Shown: positions 1 through 13,074 of the stretch, piece by piece
Position numbering within the stretch: the first letter of the stretch is position 1
Layout of the letters: the number at the start of each line of letters is the position of its first letter
Origin: Laetmonice hystrix
Lineage: Eukaryota
NCBI GenBank assembly: GCA_965235115.1
Contig: OZ249437.1
Location: forward strand, 14,322,001 to 14,386,000
Length of the DNA stretch: 64,000 bases
Direction of reading: 5' to 3'
Position numbers and translations under genes: made by a program
Notes under the pieces: model-generated
The model's input: only the letters and a program-made list of their open reading frames with translations
Database searches by the model: none
Told to the model about the DNA's origin: nothing

Positions 1-6
1 TCTCAG

Positions 7-3000
7 GCTGACAACTATGGGGCCATGTCATCGGCAACCATTGAAACCAAAGAATGTGGAAAATCCAAGGGATGTTATCGCGACCCTGCTGGATGTGAGG
101 AACAGGGGTGTTCAGTCCTGGCTACATGGGTCGCAACCGAGGACACCGTACAGTTTGAACTGAGTGCTGACACAGATGGATGGGTCGCTATTGGTTTCTC
201 AGATGACAAGAAAATGGTGAGTTTTTGGATTGATCTTTGACCACAAGATGACCTGGTAGAGATTATGTGGAAACCACTTCTGTTCCTGTTGCTTGTGTTG
301 TTTCACACAATCCAGTGATAATATCATTCCTGGTATTCATGAATTAAGACGGTCCTCTGTGTTCCAGAAAAGACTTGTTAGTCTGCTTCTAAAAAAAGCC
401 TCGGCCCTGTTTGGCTGGTCTGGGGAGGTCGAAAATGTCTAAGGGTTCTTTCCAGATACATGTGTATTTGATCATAAAAGCAGTGATTTTAATCAGATGA
501 TTTAAATCATCCAATCCTGCTGACACAATGCCTTAAATCTGAATGCTAACCTGGCAAAAGAGGCTGAAACCTCGGCACTGTTTAGCTGGTCTTGGGAGGT
601 TATAAAAGGTCTAATCTAACTCTCCAGATAAATATCATAGTCCCAACGACTGTTTTTAAAAATACCCGTAGTCAAATTTGAGAGGAGTTCTTCAGGAATT
701 TTAGTAGGAATCCTGGTTTCATTGATTTAAAAAAATGCAGCACTTGAGGTGGAATAGTTTGGAATGTTTGTGGTCAGGGGCCTGATGGTAGTTGTTTATA
801 GACTGGAAATTGTTTAGGCTGGTCATGTCACTATTGTCAGCATCTCATATTTTCGGTAAAGAGGATCAAGGTCATTTCTTGGTTTTATGTACAGCTCTGA
901 GTCCTGACATTTATGGAGAAAAAAAATCTTAGCATGGATGGAGCGTTGACTGATTGTGTGTCATGTTGCGAGGTCACAAGGGAATTCAGTATTCTAGTCC
1001 GGTGCACACAGTTGACTTTCTGTATCCGTTCATCCCATACATGATGGCAAAATATTCTAAGGGTTGTCATTTTAGGTAGTGGACATACATTGGGCTTGGA
1101 ACTTTTTTTTCTTTCACAGCTAGGAAACTTCACTGAGCATTACATACTCTGAATATTATGGCTGTTTGGGTTGGGAATTGTTAAATGGTTTGTGAACATT
1201 TTATTTGGTATGGCTTCACAGAGCGTTCCAACTTCCAAGATGCAGTTTGATCTTGATGTGTATGTAGAAGTCAGTTTCTCTGTCCAGGAATGTCAATGGT
1301 GATCTCAGGTTGTACGAATGTGTACCATGTGTACCGTTAGCCGGCCTGGAAACTTTGCTGAGAATGGCTGTGAGTCAGAAGGGCTATGAGGTTTAAAATA
1401 ATTGTGTAATGGAGTGGTGTGGGTTATATGGTGAGTGTGTGGAGGTGGCGGTGATTCAGTCAGTGACTGTGGGGGAAGTTGGAGGTGAGGGGTGCAAGGC
1501 TTGGATTCTGGCGAGGAGAACCGCAATGAGTGCTCCCAGAGCCAGTGCTGGGGGGGTATGGCTGCAGCTACCGCCGGGACAGTGGCAGGTTTGTTCTCTG
1601 GACGTGACCTACATACAGCCCCCTGCTCTGGTCGCCATGGTATACATACAGATATATACAAGTGACCTGACTGACTCATTAGGTGGCAGATCACGCAGTG
1701 GGAGGATGGGGGGGGGGGGGGGGGCCTTGTTTGTATGTAAGCCCAAATGTAACCCATGCCAGGAGCAGCGTGGGTTGAGGACTCCCCCCCCCCCCCTCAC
1801 ACCGACTTGAGTGGAGTCAAGGTCAGGTGTGGAGGATGGAGGTTGAGCAACCCGCGGCACCAGGAAACTCTCAGAACCTCAGCACTGCCTACCCCCACCT
1901 CCTCCAGCAGGCTGCGTGGGTGGAGGGTGGGGAGTGCCAGTTCTGGAGGAGGCAGCCCTTCCAGTTCCTCCAGCCCCCCCCCCCCCCCCACTGCCTGGAG
2001 TCGGTGCTCTTTGTCCTTGCCTCCTGTCGCAGGCCGGTGCCTGTTGGTCTCCTCCATAACCACGCAGTGTTTGTATGTTAGTGGGGGTGGCTGGTACAGT
2101 CAGCTAGATCAGATTCACTATCCTAACAAACTCACCAGAGAGATGACAAACGTGGTCTGAGGCCTGTACTGGCCTGATCCTAGGGACTACTGAGAATTGG
2201 GTCCCCTGACACTCAGAACATAATTATAGCTGTGCTGACTGGTTGACTGGTTCCAATGTCATACTAACCCAGCACAGCCACCCAGAACACATGTGTCAAA
2301 AATAAACTGACAAATACTGTTTAATTTTAACTTTTGCATATATTCTTAAATTTCGCTGTTTGAAAAATATAAAATAACTTGAGTTGTGCCCTACAGCTTC
2401 CTATTGATAAAAATTTGACACAAATATGTTTTCACTTAAGATAATTTTAAGGTGAATTCTGATTATTGGAGGGCCACAAGTTTAATGACCGCCAGCAGAT
2501 GGGAGCCAGAGTATGGTAGGAATGTTGTGCCAGTTATAATAACCTATTTAGTGTGGTATTGAGGTCACAGCTTTGATCCGTCCACAGTGGTGAAGCAAGC
2601 TGGTTGCTGATTGGTTGATTAAAATGCTGAAATTGTCAGAGCAGGTACAACCTCTCCCCCCTCCACCTCCCCATGCCTGGAGGGGAGTGTGACCTCTGAC
2701 CTGGAGCATGCTGGGTTCCACATGTCAACTGAATGTTACCCAGAGATACACACAGTTTCCCTGGCGGCAAAATGAAACATTTAATGCTCTAAAGGAACAC
2801 TTTCCAGCATGCCACAGATGCTTTGGGTTGGGTTGTCATAGACAAATCGTTTTGGTTTACAAGGGTTTCCTGTGGGCCTGGTTTGCATGGGTATATCCCC
2901 CCCCCCCTAAAAAGAATACATCTGCCAATAATATTTATTTTTTACTCCTAGTCCCGCCCCCCTCCCCCAAGGAAAACCCAAAATCTTCCAGGTCACCCTG

Positions 3001-6000
3001 TGTACTAAACTCTTACATAGATCATTACAAAACCTGGATCTGTAACATCTGTAACACTGTGAATCCTATTGATTCTGGCCAGGTGATGAGAATAAAAAGA
3101 CAACATTTGTTTAATTGTTATTATTTTGTTGTGTCTGTATCCCTCAGGGTGACGACAGTGTGGTGGAGTGTGTGTGGAACAAGAAACGGTCAATGGTTGA
3201 GGTGCGTCAGTCCTTCAACGTTGGTGGTGAGAAACACAATATCATTGTTGAAAAGGTAAGTAGAAAAATTGGTTTAGTTGATAATTTAGCATTTTAGGCC
3301 GACGTTGTGTCCCCTTTGGAGGATAGGGTAGCCTCCATGTGACCCGAGGGATGGAATAAAGTCTTATTACCCAGTAGTCTAAAAATTATCGGCTGTCTAA
3401 AAGTTGAATATAGAGAATATAAAAAATAAAACTAGTTTAACTGGAACACATCACAGTTAAAGCCCACCGAAGCAGCAGTATCTCATACAGGACTTCGTCT
3501 CTGAATCTTACTAGCAGTTCGTTGATATTACATTGTGTACCTTTTTTACAGCCAGAACTCGGGCTGAGTAACATAGAAGGATATTACAATGATGGCCGGG
3601 TGAAGTGCCGCTTTGAGAGGGTCAAGGTGATGTCAGGGGAGGAGAAGATTTTTGATCTCAACATGGCGTACCACCTGCTGGTGGCCAAGGGCAAGGCCTC
3701 GGACGATGGCAAGAAGGAGAGGCACGTCCTTGAACCCCAGAAGGACCCATGGGTGTCACCCAGCATGGTCTACCTCTCCAACAACATCGACATGAGTGGC
3801 CGGGCTCGCTACCCTCTAGTCAAAGCTCATGGTAGGGAATCCATTATTACAGGCTTGGCGTGGGTCTTAAAAATACTGAAAAATTTTCTTTTAAATAATT
3901 GCTCTTTAAAATACGCATTAATTCGAGGAAAAGATAAGAAAATTTAGGGATTAGAAGGATTGGTGCCAGGTACAAGAATAGTCTGAGTTGAAAACAAGTT
4001 CTGCCACAAAGATCAGGAACCGAAGCTAACCAGGTCCCTCGCTCACAGCCATCGGTGATATTATCTCGCAGATTGTTTTGTGGCGACGTGTTGGAGTTTG
4101 GATTGTTGTGTTTGTAGGATGTCTGATGATCATTGCGTGGATGATGTCTGCTTCGACTGGGATCATCTTGGCTCGCTACTACAAATTGATGTGGCCAAAT
4201 GATAGGGTCTGTGGTGAACGAGTCTGGTTCGCTGTGAGTACAAATCCTTTATCAGGTCATACCGAGTATTACCTGCACAGGCGGAAATAGTGCAGTAACT
4301 TTGAGGACAATGGAGAACACTCTGTGTATATGGTTATTCTTCTCAAATATAGAAGTGTAGAAAACTAAAATTAGTAAATTACTCCCCAAGAATTGTAGAC
4401 ATTGTGTTGCCCAAGGAAGATGTGTTGAAGGTTGTGTACAATGCTTGCTGAGTACTGTGTTGTCATGGTGTATATACAGAACGGATTCTGTTAAGGTTTC
4501 TCTTGTCGTATTTCTAGATGCACCGTATGCTCCAGCTTATCACCCTCTTCTGTACAGCTCTGGGCTTCATCCTCATCTTCATCCATGCCTCAGGTTACAG
4601 CAAGGTGTGTGTAGTAAATAGGAGTTGTGATGGAGTAAACATAGCTTGTCCTTTTAATATTGTGTTTCGAATAGGCCTTGGAATTTGAAAAGTCTAGGCA
4701 TGCAAATAAGACTCTGTGCATTTTTGTCTGATACATGTGTCGAAAAACTGTATAATATATCTGATGTTGAAGTTATCCTCCCAGGTTTCTATTGGGGAAA
4801 GGTGCAATGCTGTGGTCAGTGAATGTGCTGTGATGACCAGTATATTTGTTGTTTCAGATGCCTGAACTACCTGCGAGTGCTCATCCTCCTATAGGAATAA
4901 CTGTCATGATACTCACCATCCTTAATGTAAGTGATCATTATAATATTCTCGTTTCAGGTTTCATTAGGGTTAGACTTCAATACTGTAGGGTGCATTCAAG
5001 TTGCGTGGTCTGCTCCCCGTCGTAGTCAGATTCCTTTGAAGTTTAATCTTTTCTTTGCAAAATTATAGATTTTCCTTTGATCTGGATAAGTGTATGATGG
5101 ACCTTTCCATTTCACAAGAAGATTCCGTTAGCAACTAACTCGTTAACATTTACTTGTTTAATTTAAGAAGCCATTCTCCCGAAGGCAGATTCGTTTTATT
5201 TTTTTTATTTTTAAAAGACTGACAGACTGTTGACATGGTGATCATTCATTGTGAGCAAGTCAAGGCCCTTGACATGATTAGTTCTGTGGGTATAATACTA
5301 AAAGTCTTACCTAGGAGATTTTTGTGGACCGACATTAACAGCAGACAGATCGACTTTTAACAGATGTATTGTGGGGTCTACAATCGTTTACCAGTTACAG
5401 TTTGCAGGGGCTAAGGGGAAAAGAGGCTCTCCTTGCTGCCCACACTGATCGTCTATGTAGCTTATTTTCCCTATCACAGGAATCAAAATTTACAAGAAAA
5501 TAAGAAAATAGACTTGAACCAGCACCACGTTCACAACAGTCAGTTATACTTGCCTACCAAATATCATTAGAAAAACCTTCAGGTGATATAGTACTTCCTA
5601 TGTTATCTATTAGTGTGGGGGTGTTATGGTAATCAGGTAATGTAGGACGAATCAAGTGTGATGGAAAAGCTAGTTGCAGGATTGGCAGAGACAGTAAAAT
5701 AGGTGACAAGTGGCGGTTGTCGTACATTTCATGCTGGCAGCCCCTGATCGCTAGGTATCGCTGTGCACCCAATGACTTCTTCCGACCATGCTTCAACTGG
5801 CTGCACTGGCTCATCGGGACAGTGGCTTTTGTTCTCCAGAGTAGGTGACAGATTCAACCAGAGCTTTGCCCCCTCTCCCTCCGACGTCTTTCCCGCACTT
5901 CATCGTGTTTGAAATGATGGCAGCACGGTGAATTAACCTCCCCCCCCCCCCCCGACTCGAGAACTGAGGACTTACGTGACAAACCCATCCCAAACCTGAC

Positions 6001-8872
6001 ATTAATTGTGGCGCTCCCTGTCCTAGATCTTCCTAAACACTAGAAAATATTTAACATAAAAAACTGTGGGCTTAGGAATGTAGCATGCAGTCTGGTATTG
6101 TTTTCATTGCACTGCAAGGACAGATGACGTAACGGTAAGATTTGTTTTAAAAGTGTCCACCAGTGTACATACAGTTGTTTTATTTCAGTCACTTGTCAGA
6201 GGGAGCTTTGTGAGGTGTTGTCTTACGTTCTCAGTTTTTAAATGTTTTTTAAAAATCCAATTTATATAGTTTAGTAAGCAACAGAAAAGGAATGAAGTGA
6301 TTGGGAGAAATGACCAGCTTGTAAAAGTCCAGAATGAAATGGATACATGGATTTCATGTTTATAAATTTATATTTTATATACAATATGATTATGATGTTG
6401 CATCTAGACTGATCTAGATTTTTTCTTCATCATCTTTCAACTACACTTTAGCCACGTCTTCATCATAGATCTAGTAATAATATTATAATGTGCCATAAGT
6501 TTATACACCTTTTGAAGTAGATGTACATGTAGTTACATAAGTTTATACACTTTTTGAAGTAGATGTAGTTACATAAGTTTATACACCTTTTGAAATAGAT
6601 GTGGTTACATAAGTTTATACACCTTTTGAAGTAGATGTAGTTACATGACATTTTTGGGGGACTACCATAGTTTAATAAATGTGCAGTATCGACCTAGTTT
6701 TATTTTGTAACGTTGATTTTGACCTGGTTTATAATGTGTTTTTGGGTGTTGTCATAGTGTTATAATGTGATAATATGTTCAAATTCAGTGTGACATTGAA
6801 TGTTCATGTGGTGACCTAGTTTTACAAGGCGGTGTTGGGTGCCGACTTGTTGGGTTTTAGGAGCTTACGTTGGTTTTTGACATAGTGTTACCATTTGCTG
6901 TTTGGTGTGGACAAAGTGTACTGATGTGGCATTGGATGGTGACCTAGTTTTACGATGTGCCATTGGGTGTGAACAGAGTTTACTGAAGTGGCGGTGTATG
7001 TAGACCTAGTTTTACGATGTGCCATTGGTTGTGGACAGAGTTTACTGAAGTGGCGTTGTGTGTAGACCTAGTTTTACGATGTGCCATTGGGTGTGGACAG
7101 AGTTTACTGAAGTGGCATTGTGTGTAGACCTAGTTTTACGATGTGCCATTGGGTGTGGACAGAGTTTACTGAAGTGGCGGTGTATGTAGACCTAGTTTTA
7201 CGATGTGCCATTGGGTGTGAACAGAGTTTACTGAAGTGGCGGTGTATGTAGACCTAGTTTTACGATGTGCCATTGGGTGTGGACAGAGTTTACTGAAGTG
7301 GCGTTGGGTGTAGACCTAGTTTTACGATGTGCCATTGGGTGTGGACAGAGTTTACTGAAGTGGCGTTGGGTGTAGACCTAGTTTTACGATGTGCCATTGG
7401 GTGTGGACAGAGTTTACTGAAGTGGCGTTGTGTGTAGACCTAGTTTTACCATGTGCCATTGGGTGTGGACAGAGTTTACTGAAGTGGCGTTGGGTGTAGA
7501 CCTAGTTTTATGTTGTGATGTTGAATGATGACGTACTGTCCTGCTGCATGGTGTGTCTCCTGTTGCAGCCCCTGCTCGCTGCCTGTCGCTGTAACCCCAA
7601 GTCGACCCGTCGACCCATCTTCAACTGGTTCCACTGGTTCTTTGGTACCTGCGCCATGGTCCTCGCAAGTATGTGGAGTACCCTCTACCCTAACTGCGGC
7701 ACATAGATGTGTCTCATCTCGGTACAGAAGCTAGGTTTTCAGAAACACTCACAGAAATTTACAGATATTCAACTGAAGTATAGGTGATACTGGTCGCTTT
7801 GAAGTGTGTCTGATAACCTTTTACGCAATCATTGGCTACAATGATGCAATTTACAAACTATTTTGCCACCTTTTGCTGGCTTCCACCACAGAATTTAATG
7901 TTTTCACTCAAGTTCCGCTCAAGGACAGTCAAAGTCAAAATCTCACTGGCTTTCAAAGCTAACTGCAGCATTTGTCATATTTTATGGTTCTGTAAAAGTT
8001 ATAAATAAACAGTAAAATGTTAAGACTAAACTGAAGTGTTTTAGAGTAACAAGTTTGGACTATGATCTTATTGTAATAGTTCTGTGTGTGTGCTGCCATG
8101 TATCTTCATCTTGTACAGCCCCCAACATGTTCATCGGTCTGTCCCTGCCCAAGTCGCACGTTCCGTGGTGGGCTACGTGGATTCTGGTAGCTTTTATGCT
8201 CTTCCACCTCATCTGTGAACTGCTGCTGGAAATCCACGGCTGTATCAACTCACCCAAGCAGAAACGTATGTTCTCACCGATGCTAAGAGTGTCTGTTTAT
8301 ATATTATAACAAAGAAATTTAAACTGTTTTAATCATTGCAAGGTCTGTTATCATGAAACCATGAAGTATGAACTTACTGAAACCCTAGTTACCTCCTGTT
8401 GTTTACTGCAGAGCGCAGCATGGAGTATGAACTGGTGAAGAAGAACGATCCTGCGCGAGAACAAGGCTATGAGCCAGAGCCTGTGGTGAGTTTGTTATGC
8501 CTACTCATTTAATGCATAGAACTACCAAAAGTAAATCACACATTACTGCAGTAGTGAATACAATATCTTTCAGGCAGGCAAAATCTGGTCAAACGTTAGG
8601 GAATGGGTAAATTTACCAACATGTGATGGGACAAAAAGATAAACGTCCTGAAAAGGTCCGTAAGAAGGTGTGGAATATTTTATCAGGGTATTTTCAGGTT
8701 TGAGAATCGTAAGAAAGGCAGTTTCCCGTGTCCACATTCTTGGTTGGAAACTTGAGGATTCTATGGTGTCTGTTTTCAGGGGACTCGGTTCAAGACGATC
8801 ATTCTCACCATGTACGTCCTGGTGATGATCATCCTCGGACTCGTCATGGTCATCACAATCGCTGTCAGTTAG
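7..8872 (+). CDS. FRRS1: Ferric-chelate reductase 1-like protein (DOMON + cytochrome b561); 5' part lies upstream of the window
   Basis: Exons 7-216, 3148-3255, 3552-3831, 4118-4233, 4518-4604, 4858-4926, [5741-5840 or 7569-7668], 8119-8265, 8412-8485, 8780-8872. All internal junctions are GT-AG and in frame (1284 nt with one alternative exon). DOMON motif DGWVAIGFSDDKKMGDD. Four b561 heme-ligand His: KAHG, MHR, SAHP, (L/F)HW. The acceptor at position 6 is tentative. Confidence 0.93.
5741..5840 (+). CDS. FRRS1: FRRS1-like alternative exon A (PLIARYRCAPNDFFRPCFNWLHWLIGTVAFVLQ)
   Basis: ggcag| acceptor, |gtaggt donor, 100 nt, phase 0 to phase 1, paralogous to 7569-7668. Confidence 0.8.
6494..6648. 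repeat. 36-bp tandem repeat, about 4 copies (first copy 42 bp)
   Basis: Unit cataagtttatacaccttttgaagtagatgtagtta starts at 6494, 6536, 6572 and 6608. Confidence 0.9.
6941..7511. repeat. 62-bp minisatellite, 9 copies plus degenerate upstream copies
   Basis: gacctagttttacgatgtgccattgggtgtgg... recurs every 62 nt from 6941 to 7499. Degenerate gacctagtttt units occur from about 6691. Confidence 0.95.
7569..7668 (+). CDS. FRRS1: FRRS1-like alternative exon B (PLLAACRCNPKSTRRPIFNWFHWFFGTCAMVLA)
   Basis: tgttgcag| acceptor, |gtatgt donor, 100 nt, phase 0 to phase 1. Carries the RPxFNWxHW motif of this b561 family. Confidence 0.9.
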
Positions 8873-11800
8873 GTGGAGCCACTGTCGCCGACGGCGTCCC
8901 GCGAGGGGGCGCTACGGAACTAACATGCTGGGAGAGTGGAGTGGGCGAGGCCATGACTCCGAGAACACGGCGAGGAATCACGTGACCGTTATGAAGACTG
9001 GACAAGACACTGTTGTCCAAAACGGGTGCTAAGACCAACTCATTTGTTCTAAGATAACTTGTATAGCTTTGACAATTACTATTGTATTAATTACTATTGT
9101 ATTTTCTGTTAGATAGAAATTGTTTTACCTTGAAGAAATTACCGAAAGAAGAATTAGAAGGTTACAAATTTGTTTGTATACGAGACATTACCTATTTTCC
9201 ATAAAGGTCCCAAGTTCTTGGAGAATCTAAAGGCCTACATTACTAAGACCATGTGCATAAGCATCCTGCATTTCGGTCAAGGCGTCCTGTTGGATCCTTA
9301 ATATGAATAAATTTAATTATTCTATTACAGCAGTATCTGCAGAAGTTTTCACAATTAAATGGCAGTGGGATTAAGGCATCTTAAGCAGCTCCTAGATGTA
9401 ATCGTAGTTTTTATGCGCAGCTGTGTTTATAACATATTGGTTTTGATATATAAAGAAGGCCACAGTGCGTTGCCTGGCATTATTTTTGCTTGGTATAGAT
9501 ATGGCTTTGATGAATTAATTGTCCATTGTATGAGGGTCTGGTATTCAGGTATAATTCAAATTTGAGAGATTTCTCTACAGTTCACACCAAATGTTTCCAG
9601 AAAAAATGTTTGGCAAGAGTAGGTCTAGATGTTGAAAAGTTGAACCTTATACTGTAACGTCAGTGTGCGCACATTTCTTGAAACCGGAGACTAGAGTTTT
9701 TACTCGCTTGTGAAAAGAAACTCATATAATCAGAATTGACGTTTTCCTTGTTGTGTTGTGCATAATGATACAAGTATAAGACTATTCAGTAAGGTGCTAA
9801 TATCTGTTGGTCTGTGCAGTGTATGCTGGGCATTGGCGTTCCACAGAATTTCTTGCAGTATGTATATAGAAATGTAGATGTTTATCAAATAAAACCAATA
9901 GGTTTTTATTTAAAAGCAAAAGAGTAAAAACTTTAGAAAATCCAGAATTGTTTTGACGAATAGGAAAAAAAGAAGTGGCTTTCCCGATAATAGTTCATCT
10001 ATGCTTCCATGGCATCTTGGCACCAATTCTCTTTCTGATAGAGACGGTTATAACTGCTAGAATCTCGGTTGTTGAGCAGAGGTATGTGACCTTGTAAGGC
10101 AGACAGGTACCGTCCCCGTCTTAGCAATTTTTGTATCTCATACAATTGATACACTGTTAATGCTTGTTGAGTAAAGTCGTATGATTGTTTTTCCCTTGTT
10201 AATGTAGGAGTATGAATGGCTTGTAACCTTTTGGCGGCTTTGAGACATATTTGCTGATGTTTAAAAAGCGAGGGAGTAATTTTGAGAAATGATGCTGACG
10301 TTAAAAGTTCAGTGACTGAGTGTGTCAACAGTGATTCAGAGACTGAGAAAGGATCAGGAGGTCAGTGTTGGAATGCTCTTACCAAGTTACCTTAGTAACA
10401 AAACCAAAACACTGCTTAAAAAATAAGTGCGTGCTGAGTGGTCTGGCATTCCTTGCTGTATACACGGTCAATTCAAGATGAACTTGGTAAGGTTTGTTGA
10501 AGATGTTGAGAATGGATGAAAATAACAAATCCAGTATAAGGTAGCAGCTCTTCCAAGTCCTAACATTGCTTCACTGACCATGTTAATGAACACTAACACA
10601 TGCAAACCCACCTACAGATGGAATAATTACAACATAATTTTTTATCAGTGTGGACATAATGTTTCCGTATTTATTGAATGATTAAGAGATGTGACTGCAA
10701 TCTCCAGATTGGATTGGATGTCTAGAAATTATGTGGGTACAGTCACTAACGAATGTTTCTAAGTTGGCAGTGATTTTAACTGTGACAGTGATTCAAACTG
10801 ACTTTTTGGACCGCCCTGTGTGCTGGACAAGTATTAAGATTATTGTTAAAAGTAACGATTTTGAAAGGCAATATTATAGTTAGGACATAATTACCGGTAT
10901 TCGTTTTGTAGTCTACGGCAGGATAGAAGTAACATTGCTTCATCAACCCACTTATCTTGACAGTAATATTTTAAAGGCTTAAATGAAAGCGACGTGTCAG
11001 TTGTTCAGTATATATTTTATATATAAATGGGCTTAATTTATTATTAGTGAAAGCTAGGATATAAGTTCAGATTGTAGGTAGGAATGAATGAATTATTAGT
11101 ATTCTGCGGATTGGCTTCCCTGGTACAGTACAAAGACATTCTGTGACTATGGCGTAGCTTGCAATGTAGCCGGCATTGAATCCAGATGTGGCATAAGCTG
11201 GGTCAACTAATGAGAGCCAAAGGCAACAAAAACTGTATTTGGGATGTTTGGACGTCAGTCGTCAGCAGCATCAGGGTTGCCATGGTAACCAGCTGCTCTC
11301 CCATAACTTGCAATAATAACTCTCGTTGGTTGATCCAAGGTGATGTACACTGCTTGATGTTAGTTGGAGTAATGTCTGAAAGTGACACTAGGGGGCACTA
11401 GTAAGAAGGTGCTTCGATTTATACCCGTAGTTCTTTCAGGTTTTGCATTGAAAATACACAGATCTGCATTTCTCTTCATTAAGAACATGATGAAAAGAAA
11501 TAGTGACGCAGCGACCGTTATTTTCAAGTGTTTTTGTTGTGTTAACAGCAATCTTAGCTTTAACGTATCTGTTATCATTAGGCGTTTTCTTTTATAAATA
11601 TTATCATATCATATAATATAATAGGTTTGAGATGACCAGATATGTTAATGTCCCATAGCATTTCAGAACAATGGCCTTTTGGTTCTCTTATAGAAACTGT
11701 GATTTACTATTAACATGTCTAAAAAGGAGAAGTTCCCCCAATTTTATATTGTTTTACTATTGTGCTATTCATTTAGATATTATTGTAAAAGTCGCACTGG

Positions 11801-12300
11801 CCCATTCTTTCAAGTACTGAAAAGTCTCCAGCAGGTTTCCAGCTATATTAAACGAGATAGTGGATCGTGAATCAGATTTATAATGCACTCGCTGGCATGC
11901 TTTACCTTGGACTGTTTTCCCCTTTTTGTATTTGTGCTTTTATCTTCCTTAAATAGGTATTTCAAGTGATATATATGGGCATGTATGTGAACTATTTTAT
12001 ATTTATACGAAATAAAGCTTGTAATAGAAAATACGATGCGTTAATTTGTATGTGAGATGTAGAGATGTACGTTCTTGAGTGTATTATGCCATCAGTGTCA
12101 AAAATAGAATTCTTCCATCTCGTAAAGAGTGAAACATCCGTCTCATGACGAAGGGGACGTGTGATTGACACATTAATCTGTCGTGTGGTTAGCTCGGGGT
12201 GTGGACGGAATCTAAGTCCGCCCGAATAGAGGTCCTAGGTCATCAATTATTTTTTTCGTGGTATAAGACAATATAATTCAGAAAATACAATTGGATTAGG

Positions 12301-12606
12301 CAGGGTTCCCACGGTCATGAAAAGTTATGGAAAATGAAATTTGGTTTTCCAGGCTTGGAAAAGTCATGGAAAATAGAAAAACGAGGGAGTCATGGAATTT
12401 AATATTTCTTTTAAACAATATTTCAGTTTCTGCATGCTAAGTCTAAAATGAAGAGTTCGACGACGTAGTATATAGGGGATAATTCTCGGATTTTAGTGTA
12501 TTTTGTTAATTATATCCGGAATTGGTCATGAAATTTGGGAGTTTTGGTCTGGAAAAATCATGGAGAAGTCATGAAATTTCAGCATAGCCAACCTGTGGGA
12601 ACCCTG
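12301..12606. mobile_element. MITE with CAG...CTG termini (hAT-like)
   Basis: TIR cagggttcccac / gtgggaaccctg. Flanks ttagg / tttgg are a possible 5-bp TSD with one mismatch. Internal gtcatggaaa subrepeats. Confidence 0.7.
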
Positions 12607-13074
12607 TTTGGGGTAAGGTTAGGATTAGTGATAGGATTATGAAGAAATATTAAATAATACAACATCACGGACTTCAAGTCCTAGTAATGTAGGTCACGAT
12701 AAAATTAACCCACGTGCATTCAACTGTTCAAGCTGCTCTCAGGTAGACAGTTGAAGCCTGTTATCCGGTCGGCTGTATGAGCACTTCACGTCTCAGAGTT
12801 GGGCTAAATTCCTTCAAGCATAGTGGATTTCTCAAGAGGCATTGGAGACTTCAAGGGAGTAGGGCTATGACTACGTTTTCACTCAGACAGCATCTTTTGG
12901 ACAGATGCCAGTGAAGTTTTCCTCTAGGCGTTGCGCGGGAAACGGCTTCGTTTACGGCTGGTTCCCTGCCCCATCTCCGAGAGGAGTGAGGCAGGGAACC
13001 AGCCAGCATGCCTCGAATATGAACGAATCAAAGGACGTTTAGACCTGCCCGTGCGGTCCTGGTTTGTTGACATC

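Noticed and set aside
1305-2160. Cluster of overlapping ORFs on both strands in FRRS1 intron 1
   Set aside because: GC-rich sequence with poly-C/G runs gives open frames by chance. I found no RT, endonuclease or other recognisable motif; it may be a decayed repeat.
9999-11597. ORFs downstream of FRRS1, including a hydrophobic stretch at 11360-11578 (minus)
   Set aside because: No consistent exon chain or family motif. More simply 3'UTR or intergenic DNA, with AATAAA at about 9306, 9888 and 12011.
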